Of a DNA stretch of 64,000 bases, positions 41,382-50,100 are shown one piece after another. Position numbers and translations under genes: made by a program. Location of the stretch: contig JAYUHS010000176.1 in NCBI GenBank assembly GCA_043766715.1, positions 15,379 to 79,378 on the forward strand, in the 5' to 3' direction. Origin of the DNA: Luteolibacter sp. Lineage in GTDB: Bacteria > Verrucomicrobiota > Verrucomicrobiia > Verrucomicrobiales > Akkermansiaceae. The notes below the pieces were generated by a model, which was given only the letters and a program-made list of their open reading frames with translations, was not told where the DNA came from and did no database searches. Each line of letters begins with the position of its first letter. Within the stretch, counting starts at the first letter, position 1.

Positions 41382-42437
41382 ATGAAACCCAATCTTGCCC
41401 TCGCTGCGCTTTGCGGCCTATCCCTTGCTGCCCCTTGTTTCGCGGACACTTTTACCTTGAAAGACGGCACCACTCTTGACGCAAAAATCGTCAGCGAGAC
41501 ACCCGATGCCTACTTTCTTGAGGTCCAAGTGACGAAAAGCATCAGAGACGAGCGGACCGTTTCCAAGGCAGATGTCGTTAAAGTCAGCCAAGAGCGACCG
41601 GATTCCAAAGCGTTCCAAGCGATCGCTAAATTGGTGCCCACCCCTGACCTAATCACCGCGGAGGATTGTCAGGCACGAATCGCCCAAGTGGAAAAATTCA
41701 TCAAGGACTACAACACCGCAGGCACCGTCAAGGAGGCCAAGGTGATCCTGTCCACGCTCCAAAAAGAGTCCGCCGAAATTGCTGCGGGAGGCATCAAAGT
41801 GGGCGGTAAGGTCATCTCGACACAAGAATATGAGGTCAATGCTTACGATCTGGACGCACAGATCCAGGAGGCGAAAATCCGCAAATTAGTGGTCGATGGT
41901 GAGTTCGTCGGGGCGCTTCGGCTATTTTCAGAATTCGACGCCGATTACCGGACCACTCTTTCGTACAGCGCCCTCCTGCCCTTGATCCGGCAGGTGATTC
42001 AGAATCAGGTTGCCGAGGCGAAGCAGTCCTTGGCCACCCTACCGAGTAGGCTGAAGGACCGAGATCAGGGCCTATTACAGATGACGACCGATGACCGCGC
42101 CGTGACCCATGCGGCGATCCAAGAAGAGGCTGCGCAACTTGAAGCCCGCTACAAGGCGGAGAAAAACTCCAAATTGACCTGGGTCACCGTGGACCCGTTT
42201 CACAAAGGATCGCTGGAAGATACCGCTAAATTTGGCGAAACCGAACTCGTCCGATTGTCCGCAGTGAAGACCGTGCTCGGCGTGGAAGGTGGTAAGTCCT
42301 ACCGCGAAGTTTATAAAGCAGTCCACGACGGCGGAAACAATGCTGCGGTGACAGCCGCCATGAGCCGCGCAAAGACGGCTCTGATTCCCGATCGCTACCT
42401 AAAACCGCTGGAAGACGCCGCGAAGGGTCGCAAATAA
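41382..42437 (+). CDS. Hypothetical secreted protein (SHD1-like N-terminal segment)
   Basis: ATG at 41382 with signal peptide MKPNLALAALCGLSLAAPCFA. FTLKDGTTLDAKIVSETPDAYFLEV resembles SHD1-type modules. Confidence 0.5.
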   Translation: MKPNLALAALCGLSLAAPCFADTFTLKDGTTLDAKIVSETPDAYFLEVQVTKSIRDERTVSKADVVKVSQERPDSKAFQAIAKLVPTPDLITAEDCQARIAQVEKFIKDYNTAGTVKEAKVILSTLQKESAEIAAGGIKVGGKVISTQEYEVNAYDLDAQIQEAKIRKLVVDGEFVGALRLFSEFDADYRTTLSYSALLPLIRQVIQNQVAEAKQSLATLPSRLKDRDQGLLQMTTDDRAVTHAAIQEEAAQLEARYKAEKNSKLTWVTVDPFHKGSLEDTAKFGETELVRLSAVKTVLGVEGGKSYREVYKAVHDGGNNAAVTAAMSRAKTALIPDRYLKPLEDAAKGRK

Positions 42438-42482
42438 TCGCTTTCTCGACGTTTCGCGCCTGTGCCTGACTCATTGATTTCT

Positions 42483-43076
42483 ATGTCCACACTCCGCACC
42501 GCCAGCCGCAGCCGTAAGACTGCGGAGACTTCCATCGAACTATCGCTCGACATCGATGGCTCGGGAATTTCCACAATCGATACCGGCATTCCATTTTTCG
42601 ATCACATGCTCACGCTGTTTTCAAAACACGGATTGTTCGATCTCAACGTGAAAACCGTCGGTGACATCGCGGTGGACTACCATCATACCATCGAAGATAC
42701 CGGTATCGTCATCGGCGAATGTCTGCGCGAGGCCCTCGGCACCAAGGAGGGCATCCGTCGCTACGGTCACTGCTATTTACCGATGGATGAGACGTTGGCC
42801 CGAGTTGTGATCGATTTAAGTAACCGGCCCCACCTTGAATTCCGAGCTCCTGCTGGAACGCCTTCTGCGCCTAACATGCCCTTCACGCTGGTCGAGGAAT
42901 TCTGCCGCGCCCTCGCATCGAATCTCCGGGCAAACATCCACATCGAGCTGCTTTACGGTCGGGACGGTCACCACATTGCCGAGGCCATTTTTAAAGGCCT
43001 CGCCCGTGCCCTCCGCGATGCATGTGAGAAAGATCCTCGGGTAAAAGGGATTCCCAGCACCAAGGACGCCTTGTGA
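42483..43076 (+). CDS. hisB: Imidazoleglycerol-phosphate dehydratase
   Basis: Motifs VDYHHTIEDTGIV and GRDGHHIAEAIFKGLARAL. The ATG is at 42483; the track start at 42462 is GTG. Confidence 0.92.
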   Translation: MSTLRTASRSRKTAETSIELSLDIDGSGISTIDTGIPFFDHMLTLFSKHGLFDLNVKTVGDIAVDYHHTIEDTGIVIGECLREALGTKEGIRRYGHCYLPMDETLARVVIDLSNRPHLEFRAPAGTPSAPNMPFTLVEEFCRALASNLRANIHIELLYGRDGHHIAEAIFKGLARALRDACEKDPRVKGIPSTKDAL

Positions 43077-43687
43077 GAACCGGCATCATCGACTACGGCG
43101 GCGGGAATCTTCGCAGCGTTGCCAATGCCCTGCGTTCGCTCGGCGAGGATCCTGTCATCATCGCCAGCCCGGAGCAGCTTGCAGATGCGACGCACCTGCT
43201 ACTGCCCGGCCAAGGCGAATTTCGCGATACCATGGAGCGCCTGGAACAGCGCGGCCTCGCTTCGTTTCTTAAAGACTGGATCGCGAGGGACCGGCCATAT
43301 TTCGGAATCTGTGTCGGGTATCAAATCCTGTTCGACAGCAGCGAGGAGGCCCCAGAGGCCCCCGGGCTTGGCATTTTGTCGGGCACGGTCCGCCGATTCC
43401 AAAACGAGCACGGCCTGAAAATCCCGCACATGGGCTGGAACTCGGCGGAGGCCACACGTGGCGAAACTCGCGTCTGGCAGGGGCTGGGCACGGACCCGTA
43501 TTTCTACTACATCCACTCGTATTTCCCCGAGCCTGCCACCGCAGATCTCGTCGTGGCAAAAACCACCTACGGCACTCAGACTTTCGCCGGCGCTGTCGAG
43601 CGCGGAAATCTCTTCGCCTGCCAGTTTCATCCAGAAAAAAGCCAAGCCGCCGGACTGCGGCTGATCCAGAATTTCCTAGAACTGTGA
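43073..43687 (+). CDS. hisH: Imidazole glycerol phosphate synthase, glutamine amidotransferase subunit
   Basis: GTGA overlap with hisB. Nucleophile elbow (GICVGYQ) and QFHPEKS. Confidence 0.92.
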   Translation: MRTGIIDYGGGNLRSVANALRSLGEDPVIIASPEQLADATHLLLPGQGEFRDTMERLEQRGLASFLKDWIARDRPYFGICVGYQILFDSSEEAPEAPGLGILSGTVRRFQNEHGLKIPHMGWNSAEATRGETRVWQGLGTDPYFYYIHSYFPEPATADLVVAKTTYGTQTFAGAVERGNLFACQFHPEKSQAAGLRLIQNFLEL

Positions 43688-43821
43688 GAGCTGGATTCGG
43701 AAACACCAAAACCCAAGGAGTGGTGGACTCCGATCCGCCATGCCCATGAGAAGCCAATGAGGTGAGAGAATCGCTTCTCATGGTCCCCCCAGGGGCAGGC
43801 GATTCGGAGATCACCTCTCCT

Positions 43822-44136
43822 TGGAAAGAGTCCGTCCGGGGAGGGAAGGTCGCGGATGATCGCTGGAACCCTGCTCACCTTTATTGGAAACCCGTAGCCG
43901 ATCCTTGGAGCGTGTCTCACTAGGGTTGGAAGATCGCTCATGCTGACGGGAACGTCACTCATCCACGCTGGAAGACCGCGCACGCACGTTGGAGCGTTCC
44001 TCACGTAGCCTGGAAGATCGCTCACGCAAGCTGGAGCGTTCCTCACGCGAGCTGGGAGATCGCTCACGCAGGCTGGAGCGTTCCTCACGCACGCTGGAAC
44101 ATCGCGATGGCACGCTGGAAGCCTTCGTTTTGTTCT
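43822..44136. repeat. Phased 21-bp tandem repeat array (~15 units; last ~6 alternate between two subtypes, giving a 42-bp super-unit)
   Basis: The TGGA/GGGA core recurs at 43822, 43843, 43864, 43885, 43906, 43927, 43948, 43969, 43990, 44011, 44032, 44053, 44074, 44095 and 44116. Conserved units are CTGGAAGATCGCTCACGCAnG and CTGGAGCGTTCCTCACGCnnG. Confidence 0.9.
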
Positions 44137-44202
44137 AAATCCATGATTTTCAATCACTCTCCCGTCAAAAAAATAAACAAATACGAACAGCCCCGGATCC
44201 AC

Positions 44203-44940
44203 ATGAAAGACACCCTATCGAATAAACTCACCAGTTTCATCGCCACCCTCGCCGTCGCTGACACGGCCGCGCACCAAGCCATTTGGAGAGATCAACCGCC
44301 GCTGAGCTTCACCGAGGAACTGGCCCTTGCCCGTGCCGGAGTCACCGCCCTCGGTTCTGCCGGGGCCGAGCAAAGCGCCCCCATCACTGGAACTACCGAA
44401 GCTCTGGGTAAACTCCGCGAAGCCCTCGAAGAACGACTTCACGTTCTCGCGCGTGCTACCTACCAGTTCATGAAAAAAGCCGGTCGGACCGAAGATGCCG
44501 CCAAAGTTGACCTCACTCCCAGTGCCTTGCACAACGCCCGCGCCGTCATTCTAGCCGGCATCGGAGAAACCGTATTAAATTTCGCCGAGCCCCTCACGCT
44601 GCCGCCCGCAGCCGGGCAAGCCGCGCCGGGCGAGAAAAATGGCATCACTGCCGAACTGTTCACCCAAGTCGATGACCTCTGGGAACGCTACAGCATCGCC
44701 GTCGGTGCCCCCACCGGAGCCCGTTCCAAGCGCAAAACCCTCACCGCAGGTCTCCCCGGTAAATTCAGCGCCATCGAAGAAATGTTCGCCGATCTCGACG
44801 ACATGGTCATCCAATTTGGCACCACCGAACTCGGCAAGGAATTCATCAATGCTTGGTTCAACGCCCGCCACGTCACTCCGCTAGGCCGCCGCGCCGCCAA
44901 GCCAAAAGTTTCGATTTCCACACCACCTCCCACTCCATAA
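44203..44940 (+). CDS. Hypothetical protein (predicted all-alpha, no family recognised)
   Basis: ATG at 44203 (MKDTLSNKLTSF...). The track start at 44107 would place the repeat array inside the coding region. Followed by a strong terminator. Confidence 0.55.
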   Translation: MKDTLSNKLTSFIATLAVADTAAHQAIWRDQPPLSFTEELALARAGVTALGSAGAEQSAPITGTTEALGKLREALEERLHVLARATYQFMKKAGRTEDAAKVDLTPSALHNARAVILAGIGETVLNFAEPLTLPPAAGQAAPGEKNGITAELFTQVDDLWERYSIAVGAPTGARSKRKTLTAGLPGKFSAIEEMFADLDDMVIQFGTTELGKEFINAWFNARHVTPLGRRAAKPKVSISTPPPTP

Positions 44941-44962
44941 AACCCTAACTTCCAGAACCTCC

Positions 44963-45005
44963 AAAACGCCCCGCTTTCCTCACCGGAAACCGGGGCGTTT
45001 TTCGT
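44963..45005. terminator. Rho-independent terminator, plausibly bidirectional
   Basis: aaaacgccccg (44963-44973) pairs with cggggcgtttt (44991-45001). A T-run follows on the plus strand and an A-run precedes it. It lies between convergent genes. Confidence 0.65.
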
Positions 45006-45109
45006 TAGTCAAGCCTTGGGTCTGAAAGCAGGTCGATACGTTTCCTCCACGCATATTTCCCACCTCAGAAGCTGGGACTTCTTCTGCCGAAAATTCCGGC
45101 TATTTGCCG

Positions 45110-45400
45110 TTAAGCCTGAGGACGGGTCTTTGGATTTTTTGTGAAACGGGGTATCTTCCCTGTTCGTTTTTCCGCCCGTTTGAGAATTTCCCCCGGTGAG
45201 ATCCCTAAAACGAAAGCAATCCGCCCCAAGGTTTCCACAGATGGAGCCGCCCCACCTTGTTCCAAAGTGGTAATGAATGACCGAGCCAGACCGGTCCTCG
45301 CCGAAAGTTCGTTTTTTGACAACGCACGGGCCTGCCGCAATTTTGTCAGCTCAACAGGCAAGGCCCGCCTCAACTCTTCCGCCCACGCTCCAGCATCCAT
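45110..45400 (-). CDS. XRE-family helix-turn-helix transcriptional regulator
   Basis: 96 aa. LRQARALSKNELSARTGLARSFITTLEQGGAAPSVETLGRIAFVLGISPGEIL is a classic HTH_3 pattern. Confidence 0.85.
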   Translation of the reverse strand: MDAGAWAEELRRALPVELTKLRQARALSKNELSARTGLARSFITTLEQGGAAPSVETLGRIAFVLGISPGEILKRAEKRTGKIPRFTKNPKTRPQA

Positions 45401-45455
45401 AGTTGTGGATGGTGGAGAAGTCAGCTAAGTGCGTTGGGGTTCGTTATTCAGGTCA

Positions 45456-45510
45456 TTAACAATTCTGATATTTCATGAAATTCACTTGACCCAGCCGCCT
45501 GAATTGTTAA
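45456..45510. promoter_or_regulatory. Candidate operator set in the divergent XRE/RHS-cluster intergenic region
   Basis: TTAACAATTC (45456-45465) and its exact reverse complement GAATTGTTAA (45501-45510) flank a perfect 12-bp palindrome ATTTCATGAAAT (45470-45481). A TTGAC -35-like box lies at 45486-45490. Confidence 0.4.
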
Positions 45511-45564
45511 TTCATTTTCTATCTGGAATTACATGTTCAATCTCTTTTTCCAAATACCGCTGCC

Positions 45565-46488
45565 ATGTTTGTCGTGAAATTCATCCCCCTGTCCGTCGGT
45601 CTGGCTATAACCGCTCCGCTCTATGCGCAGGAGCCGCACACGAACGTGAGTCATGAGACCATGATTCTTGGAGAAATTTCAGATGGCAGGCCTAGCGAGG
45701 CGTTAGTCGCTCCGGTCTTGCCTGATTTCCGGGTGAAGAACTCGATCCTGCGGAGGATGCGGGTCGTGGAGCCTCCAGAAATGGACGGACTACCGCCCGT
45801 GCAGGGATGGATCAAAACGACAGTGCAACGGGTGGATGATCCCAAGTTGCCCGATCCACCGGCGCCAGTGATCCAATCCATCCCTGATGATTTTGTGGTT
45901 TCTGCACGGTTAGCACAGCGACGTGAACTAGTGCAGACCTCCGACGTCGTTTTTATTTCTGCGACGGTTTATGACCACGCTCGGACCTTACTGCGCTACT
46001 CACCCAGTGGCGCAGGACGCAGGGAAATCTCTGCTTGGTCGAACTTGGACTTTAATTGCTTCTCTGGATTTAGCACCTATCAGGTTAAAGGGCCAGATGG
46101 AAAGGCCAGAGGACATGGTCTTGTGATGGCGATCAGTAATATTGATGCGAAAGCTCGGGCGACTTTCTTGGCGAAACATCACCTCACGTATCAAGCTCCT
46201 GAGATTCCTACGCTCCCTGACTTGGCAGGAGGTGGCCCCACTTTCATCGTCACGCAGGACGACACCCGCGAGACGGCAGCGGTGGCAGTGATCCAAGAAC
46301 TACATGATCTCTATCGGGTAGAAAGTGAACGGATGCAACTCGCCTACCAAGCTCGAATCAAGGCTGAAGAGGAGCGCAGGACCTATTTACTAGCGAATCC
46401 GCCGACGCCGGATGATATCACGATTCGGTTTTGGAAACGACAGTCTCGGCCTTCCGATTTGAAAAAACTGGAGGGGCTCAAACCATGA
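45565..46488 (+). CDS. Hypothetical secreted protein (RHS-cluster gene 1)
   Basis: 307 aa with signal peptide MFVVKFIPLSVGLAITAPLYAQ. No family recognised. The stop overlaps the next start (ATGA). Confidence 0.6.
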   Translation: MFVVKFIPLSVGLAITAPLYAQEPHTNVSHETMILGEISDGRPSEALVAPVLPDFRVKNSILRRMRVVEPPEMDGLPPVQGWIKTTVQRVDDPKLPDPPAPVIQSIPDDFVVSARLAQRRELVQTSDVVFISATVYDHARTLLRYSPSGAGRREISAWSNLDFNCFSGFSTYQVKGPDGKARGHGLVMAISNIDAKARATFLAKHHLTYQAPEIPTLPDLAGGGPTFIVTQDDTRETAAVAVIQELHDLYRVESERMQLAYQARIKAEEERRTYLLANPPTPDDITIRFWKRQSRPSDLKKLEGLKP

Positions 46489-47165
46489 AGCGTGCAGGAT
46501 TGGTAATTCTAATCGGGTTAGTGAGTATCTCACGGATCGCGGCCGAGATGGGGCCAGTCCCACAGGTGTCACTGACGTCTGGAACTTCCAGTAGTTGGAA
46601 CCTCGCTTGGAATGGGCGTGACGGCCTGACTTACTTTTCAAAATGGTCCACCGACCTAGTCGTTTGGAATTATCTACCGGGGATCGAGCAGGGCAGCGGG
46701 ATCAAGACGCCGAGCTTCACCTCCACGACGCCTAAGTTTTTCGTGAGAGTCTTTTGCACGAACATTCCAACAAATGATGCGGAGCTGGCAGATTTCGATC
46801 TGGATGGGGTGGGGAATCTCGCAGAACTCAATCTCGGGATCGATCCGATGGATCCAGATACCGATCATGATGGTATTCCAGACGGCATCGAGATTTCCAA
46901 CAGCGGGAATCCTCTATCCGCTGCGGATGGCGACACGCTGAGAGCAGGTGACTCAGATGGAGACGGAGTTAGCGATGCGATCGAGCTACTGCGCGGGACC
47001 AGTCCGACATTATGGGATAGCGATGGGGACGGCTTTAGCGATGCGACAGATCTGTATCCACTCGATCCGTCGCGTCACAGCCGACCGTCAGTATCGGGAG
47101 ATATCACTCGCCCCATAGTTTCCCTAGAGTCTCCGGCCAGTGCGGTGCTGGTTTCGGGTCCGTAA
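46485..47165 (+). CDS. Secreted protein with beta-module and thrombospondin type-3-like Ca-binding repeats (RHS-cluster gene 2)
   Basis: ATG at 46485 (MKRAGLVILIGLVSISRIAA). Repeats DPDTDHDGIPDGIE, DSDGDGVSDAIE and DSDGDGFSDATD. Confidence 0.65.
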   Translation: MKRAGLVILIGLVSISRIAAEMGPVPQVSLTSGTSSSWNLAWNGRDGLTYFSKWSTDLVVWNYLPGIEQGSGIKTPSFTSTTPKFFVRVFCTNIPTNDAELADFDLDGVGNLAELNLGIDPMDPDTDHDGIPDGIEISNSGNPLSAADGDTLRAGDSDGDGVSDAIELLRGTSPTLWDSDGDGFSDATDLYPLDPSRHSRPSVSGDITRPIVSLESPASAVLVSGP

Positions 47166-47191
47166 TTTCTATCCCCTGTTCTTATTTTCCC

Positions 47192-50100
47192 ATGTCTTCA
47201 CTCACTCGTAGGTATCTCTGGATCGTTCCTATCAGCTTTGCAGTAATCGGTAGCGTCATCTGGTATATGAGTCTTCATCGTGCGATGACTGCGGTGTCAT
47301 TACCTGCTTCGACCGCCCACTCAAAGGCATCTCCATTTCGCGATTCGCTGGTCCATCAACGGACCACCGAGGAGGCAAAGAAGACCGCTGAGGCCCAGCC
47401 ATGCGACGACACGGTGCTCACCTACCTCGACCTGTCGCGGATTCCAACGCAGGGCGAACTCATCGCTGCTGGAAATCTGGGCGAACCGCTTACCCCCACC
47501 TCCGCTGCTGAGCCTGCTGCCATCAAAGACCCGGTGAAGCGAGCACGCCAAGAGCAGGAAAATCTCGCTTTCGGAACGGCCATCCAGACATGGAACCAGC
47601 ATCACTATCCAGAGTCGTTTGCGCTTTTTGAAAAGTATATCAAGGACTTCCCTAGCAGTCCGTGGGCCGCAGAGGCACAGCTTCATCTAGGGTGCTTTTG
47701 CCAGTATAATGGAAGAATGCTTGAGGCGGCGGAGTCGTTCGATCAGATCCTTGCTACGGTGGAGCCGAAGTCGGAAATGTATCACAAGGCGAAGCTACGG
47801 CGCTCGATTCTTCATCTCGACCAAGGAAATCTCGAAGCATCACTCCAAGGCTTCACCGTGATGAAAAGAGACGATCCAGATGCAGGCCACCAAACGTATG
47901 CCTCTTACTGGATTCGTGAAATCGCACTACTCCAGAAAAACGAAACGGCGCTGCGGGACTGCGGGCAGAAGGCGCTGGCCCGGGTGACCGAAATTTTAGG
48001 CAATCTCGCAGAAGCAAAGAAATTGAGGGAGACGGTTTCTGCAGGGCCGCATGGTTTTACCGCCGAGGAGTTGCACGCCACGGCCCTGTTACACGGACTG
48101 GATTCGAATCCGGTGCGGGCGGATGCGGCGCTGGATGATTTACCTGTGCCCTTCGTCGCACACTATCAGGATCATCACTATGTCACCGTCGAGAAGGTAA
48201 CGGCAGAGGAGGTGATTTTTTATGATTCGCGGATGGGGGAAGGTAAAATGCCGCGCACGTCTTTCCAGAAGCAATGGTCTGGATTTGCACTCATTTTCAG
48301 CAAACCGGCGAACGCCGCCGCAATCTATCCTGCGGAAAATTTAAAGGAAATCGTCGGTGGCTGCTGTGGCCACCCTCGCAGTCCATCCGATCTGGGAGAT
48401 GATGGATGCGACAAGAACTGCGGCTTGCCCGGCTGGAGTGTGAATCCGGTGAATTTTAATTTCCGCGTCAGCGACACGCCGATGTGGTGGAACCCACCGG
48501 TAGGGCCCGCAGTCTCGATGTCGATGCTTTTTAACAGCCTTGACTCGCTCAATAAGTACGCACCGTTTGGCAAGAAGTGGTCCTTCGAATATAGCTCTTA
48601 TCTGCTCATCACTCCCGGCGTCCAAGTGCAGGTAAAGGATGGCGACGGTCGGCTTGAAACCTTTACCAGCCCGACTGCGGCGAGTTCCTATCCGATCACC
48701 TATACCCAGCCTGCTGGAGATTTTCGCGAACTCAAAGAAATCGCCGATCATGTATTTACCCTGACCCACCAAGACGGAACCATCTATCGCTATGGTATCC
48801 CGGTGGCGATGACGGGAACTTCTTCGGTCCCACTATTACTGTCCATTGAGGATCGCCACGGTAACACCATCAGCATCACGCACAACGTCCACGGGGCCAT
48901 CACGGAAATCGGTCACTCGATGTTACCTGCGACAACGGCAGCGCCCGGAGTGCCGTCAGCCGCGAGGAAGTGGATCTTCACTTGGGACACCTTCAACGGC
49001 CATGACCGTTTGAAATGGATCGACGATCCATTCGGTCGCCGCGCTACGTTCGACTACGATGCGGACGGGAATTTAAGGCACCAAACCGACATGGGCGGTC
49101 TGAGCTATGGCTATGATTACACGACCAAGTTGGCTGAGAATTCAGTCAGTATTGATTATTACCAAACCACATTTGAACCAAAGACCAATGAACTTTTCAT
49201 TTCCGCAATTCATACTCCGAAGGGGACTACCACCATCCTCACCGAACCCTCCGACGGGAAAAGTGGCTTACCGATCTCGGCTGAAGATCGTGCGAAAGGG
49301 TATAGTCTTTCCTATCCACCCATCGGATTTCCAGAAATGTGGACAAACTACCGGATCCGTATTACTAACCCGGAGAACAAGACCGAAGAATATCACTTTG
49401 AAGGAGTATACAGATACGTCTATCACCGGGATCCGATCCAACTTGCTCGTCCACCGGGCGAGTCGGTTGCACCCATGACCGGTCCATCCGACATGTTTAC
49501 GATCAGTGTCATTGGAGGCAAAAAAGGGAAGGTCGTCGGCACGGTCCGAAAGGGTTCTAATATAAGCGAAACTCTGAATGCGAGGGTCTTTGCTGCTTCA
49601 TCTCTTCAAACGACAGCAATACAGGACTATTCTTATAATTGGACTTCATTTGAGTATAATGCCAACGGCACAATGAAAACTATAAGTTTGCCCAAGGCTA
49701 GCTATTCGACGACTGATCCGTATAAAACTTATTATACTTATGAAACTTCCGGTCTGGGTGCAGGAGTGGACCTTGACAAGGCAACACGCTACTTTGAGGG
49801 AAGTCTTAAAACTCTCATCGACATCGACTACAAGACAGGAACCCGTGATGTAGAGAAAATCACCGATGTTCTCGGGCATGTCACTCGCTACCAATGGCAT
49901 TCCAACGGACTACCCAAAAGCATGACAGATGATACCACAGGCGACGTTATTTCCTATGTTTATGACGAGGGTGTCAACGATACCGATCATTATCCAACTT
50001 GGAAGCTGTTGAAGGTGAAACGAACGACTCCAGCAGTTGGAACGAGTCCCGCGATCACCACTCTCCTCGTTCAAACCGAATATGATGATATCGGGCGTCC

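Noticed and set aside
44108-44122. Sigma-54-like promoter TGGCACGctggAAGC at the end of the repeat array
   Set aside because: The GG-N10-GC spacing fits, but the conserved T of the -12 TGC is missing and TGG is part of every repeat unit. It is likely coincidental and is kept only as a remark.
43822-44136. CRISPR array interpretation of the tandem repeats
   Set aside because: The units are contiguous 21-mers with no unique spacers, and no cas genes are nearby.
43627-44202. 191-aa minus-strand ORF spanning the 21-bp repeat array (VRNAPAC VSDLPAR ... heptads)
   Set aside because: A stop-free 21-bp unit repeated in phase automatically keeps a frame open. The ORF overlaps the hisH 3' end, has no recognisable start context and has an odd Cys/Pro/Arg composition. 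Coding cannot be strictly excluded; see the array finding.
44107-44202. Upstream start (44107) for the 44203-44940 gene
   Set aside because: It would translate the last repeat units and an AT-rich spacer (MARWKPSFCSKSMIFNHSPVKKINKYEQPRIH). The ATG at 44203 gives a normal N-terminus. The choice is not certain.
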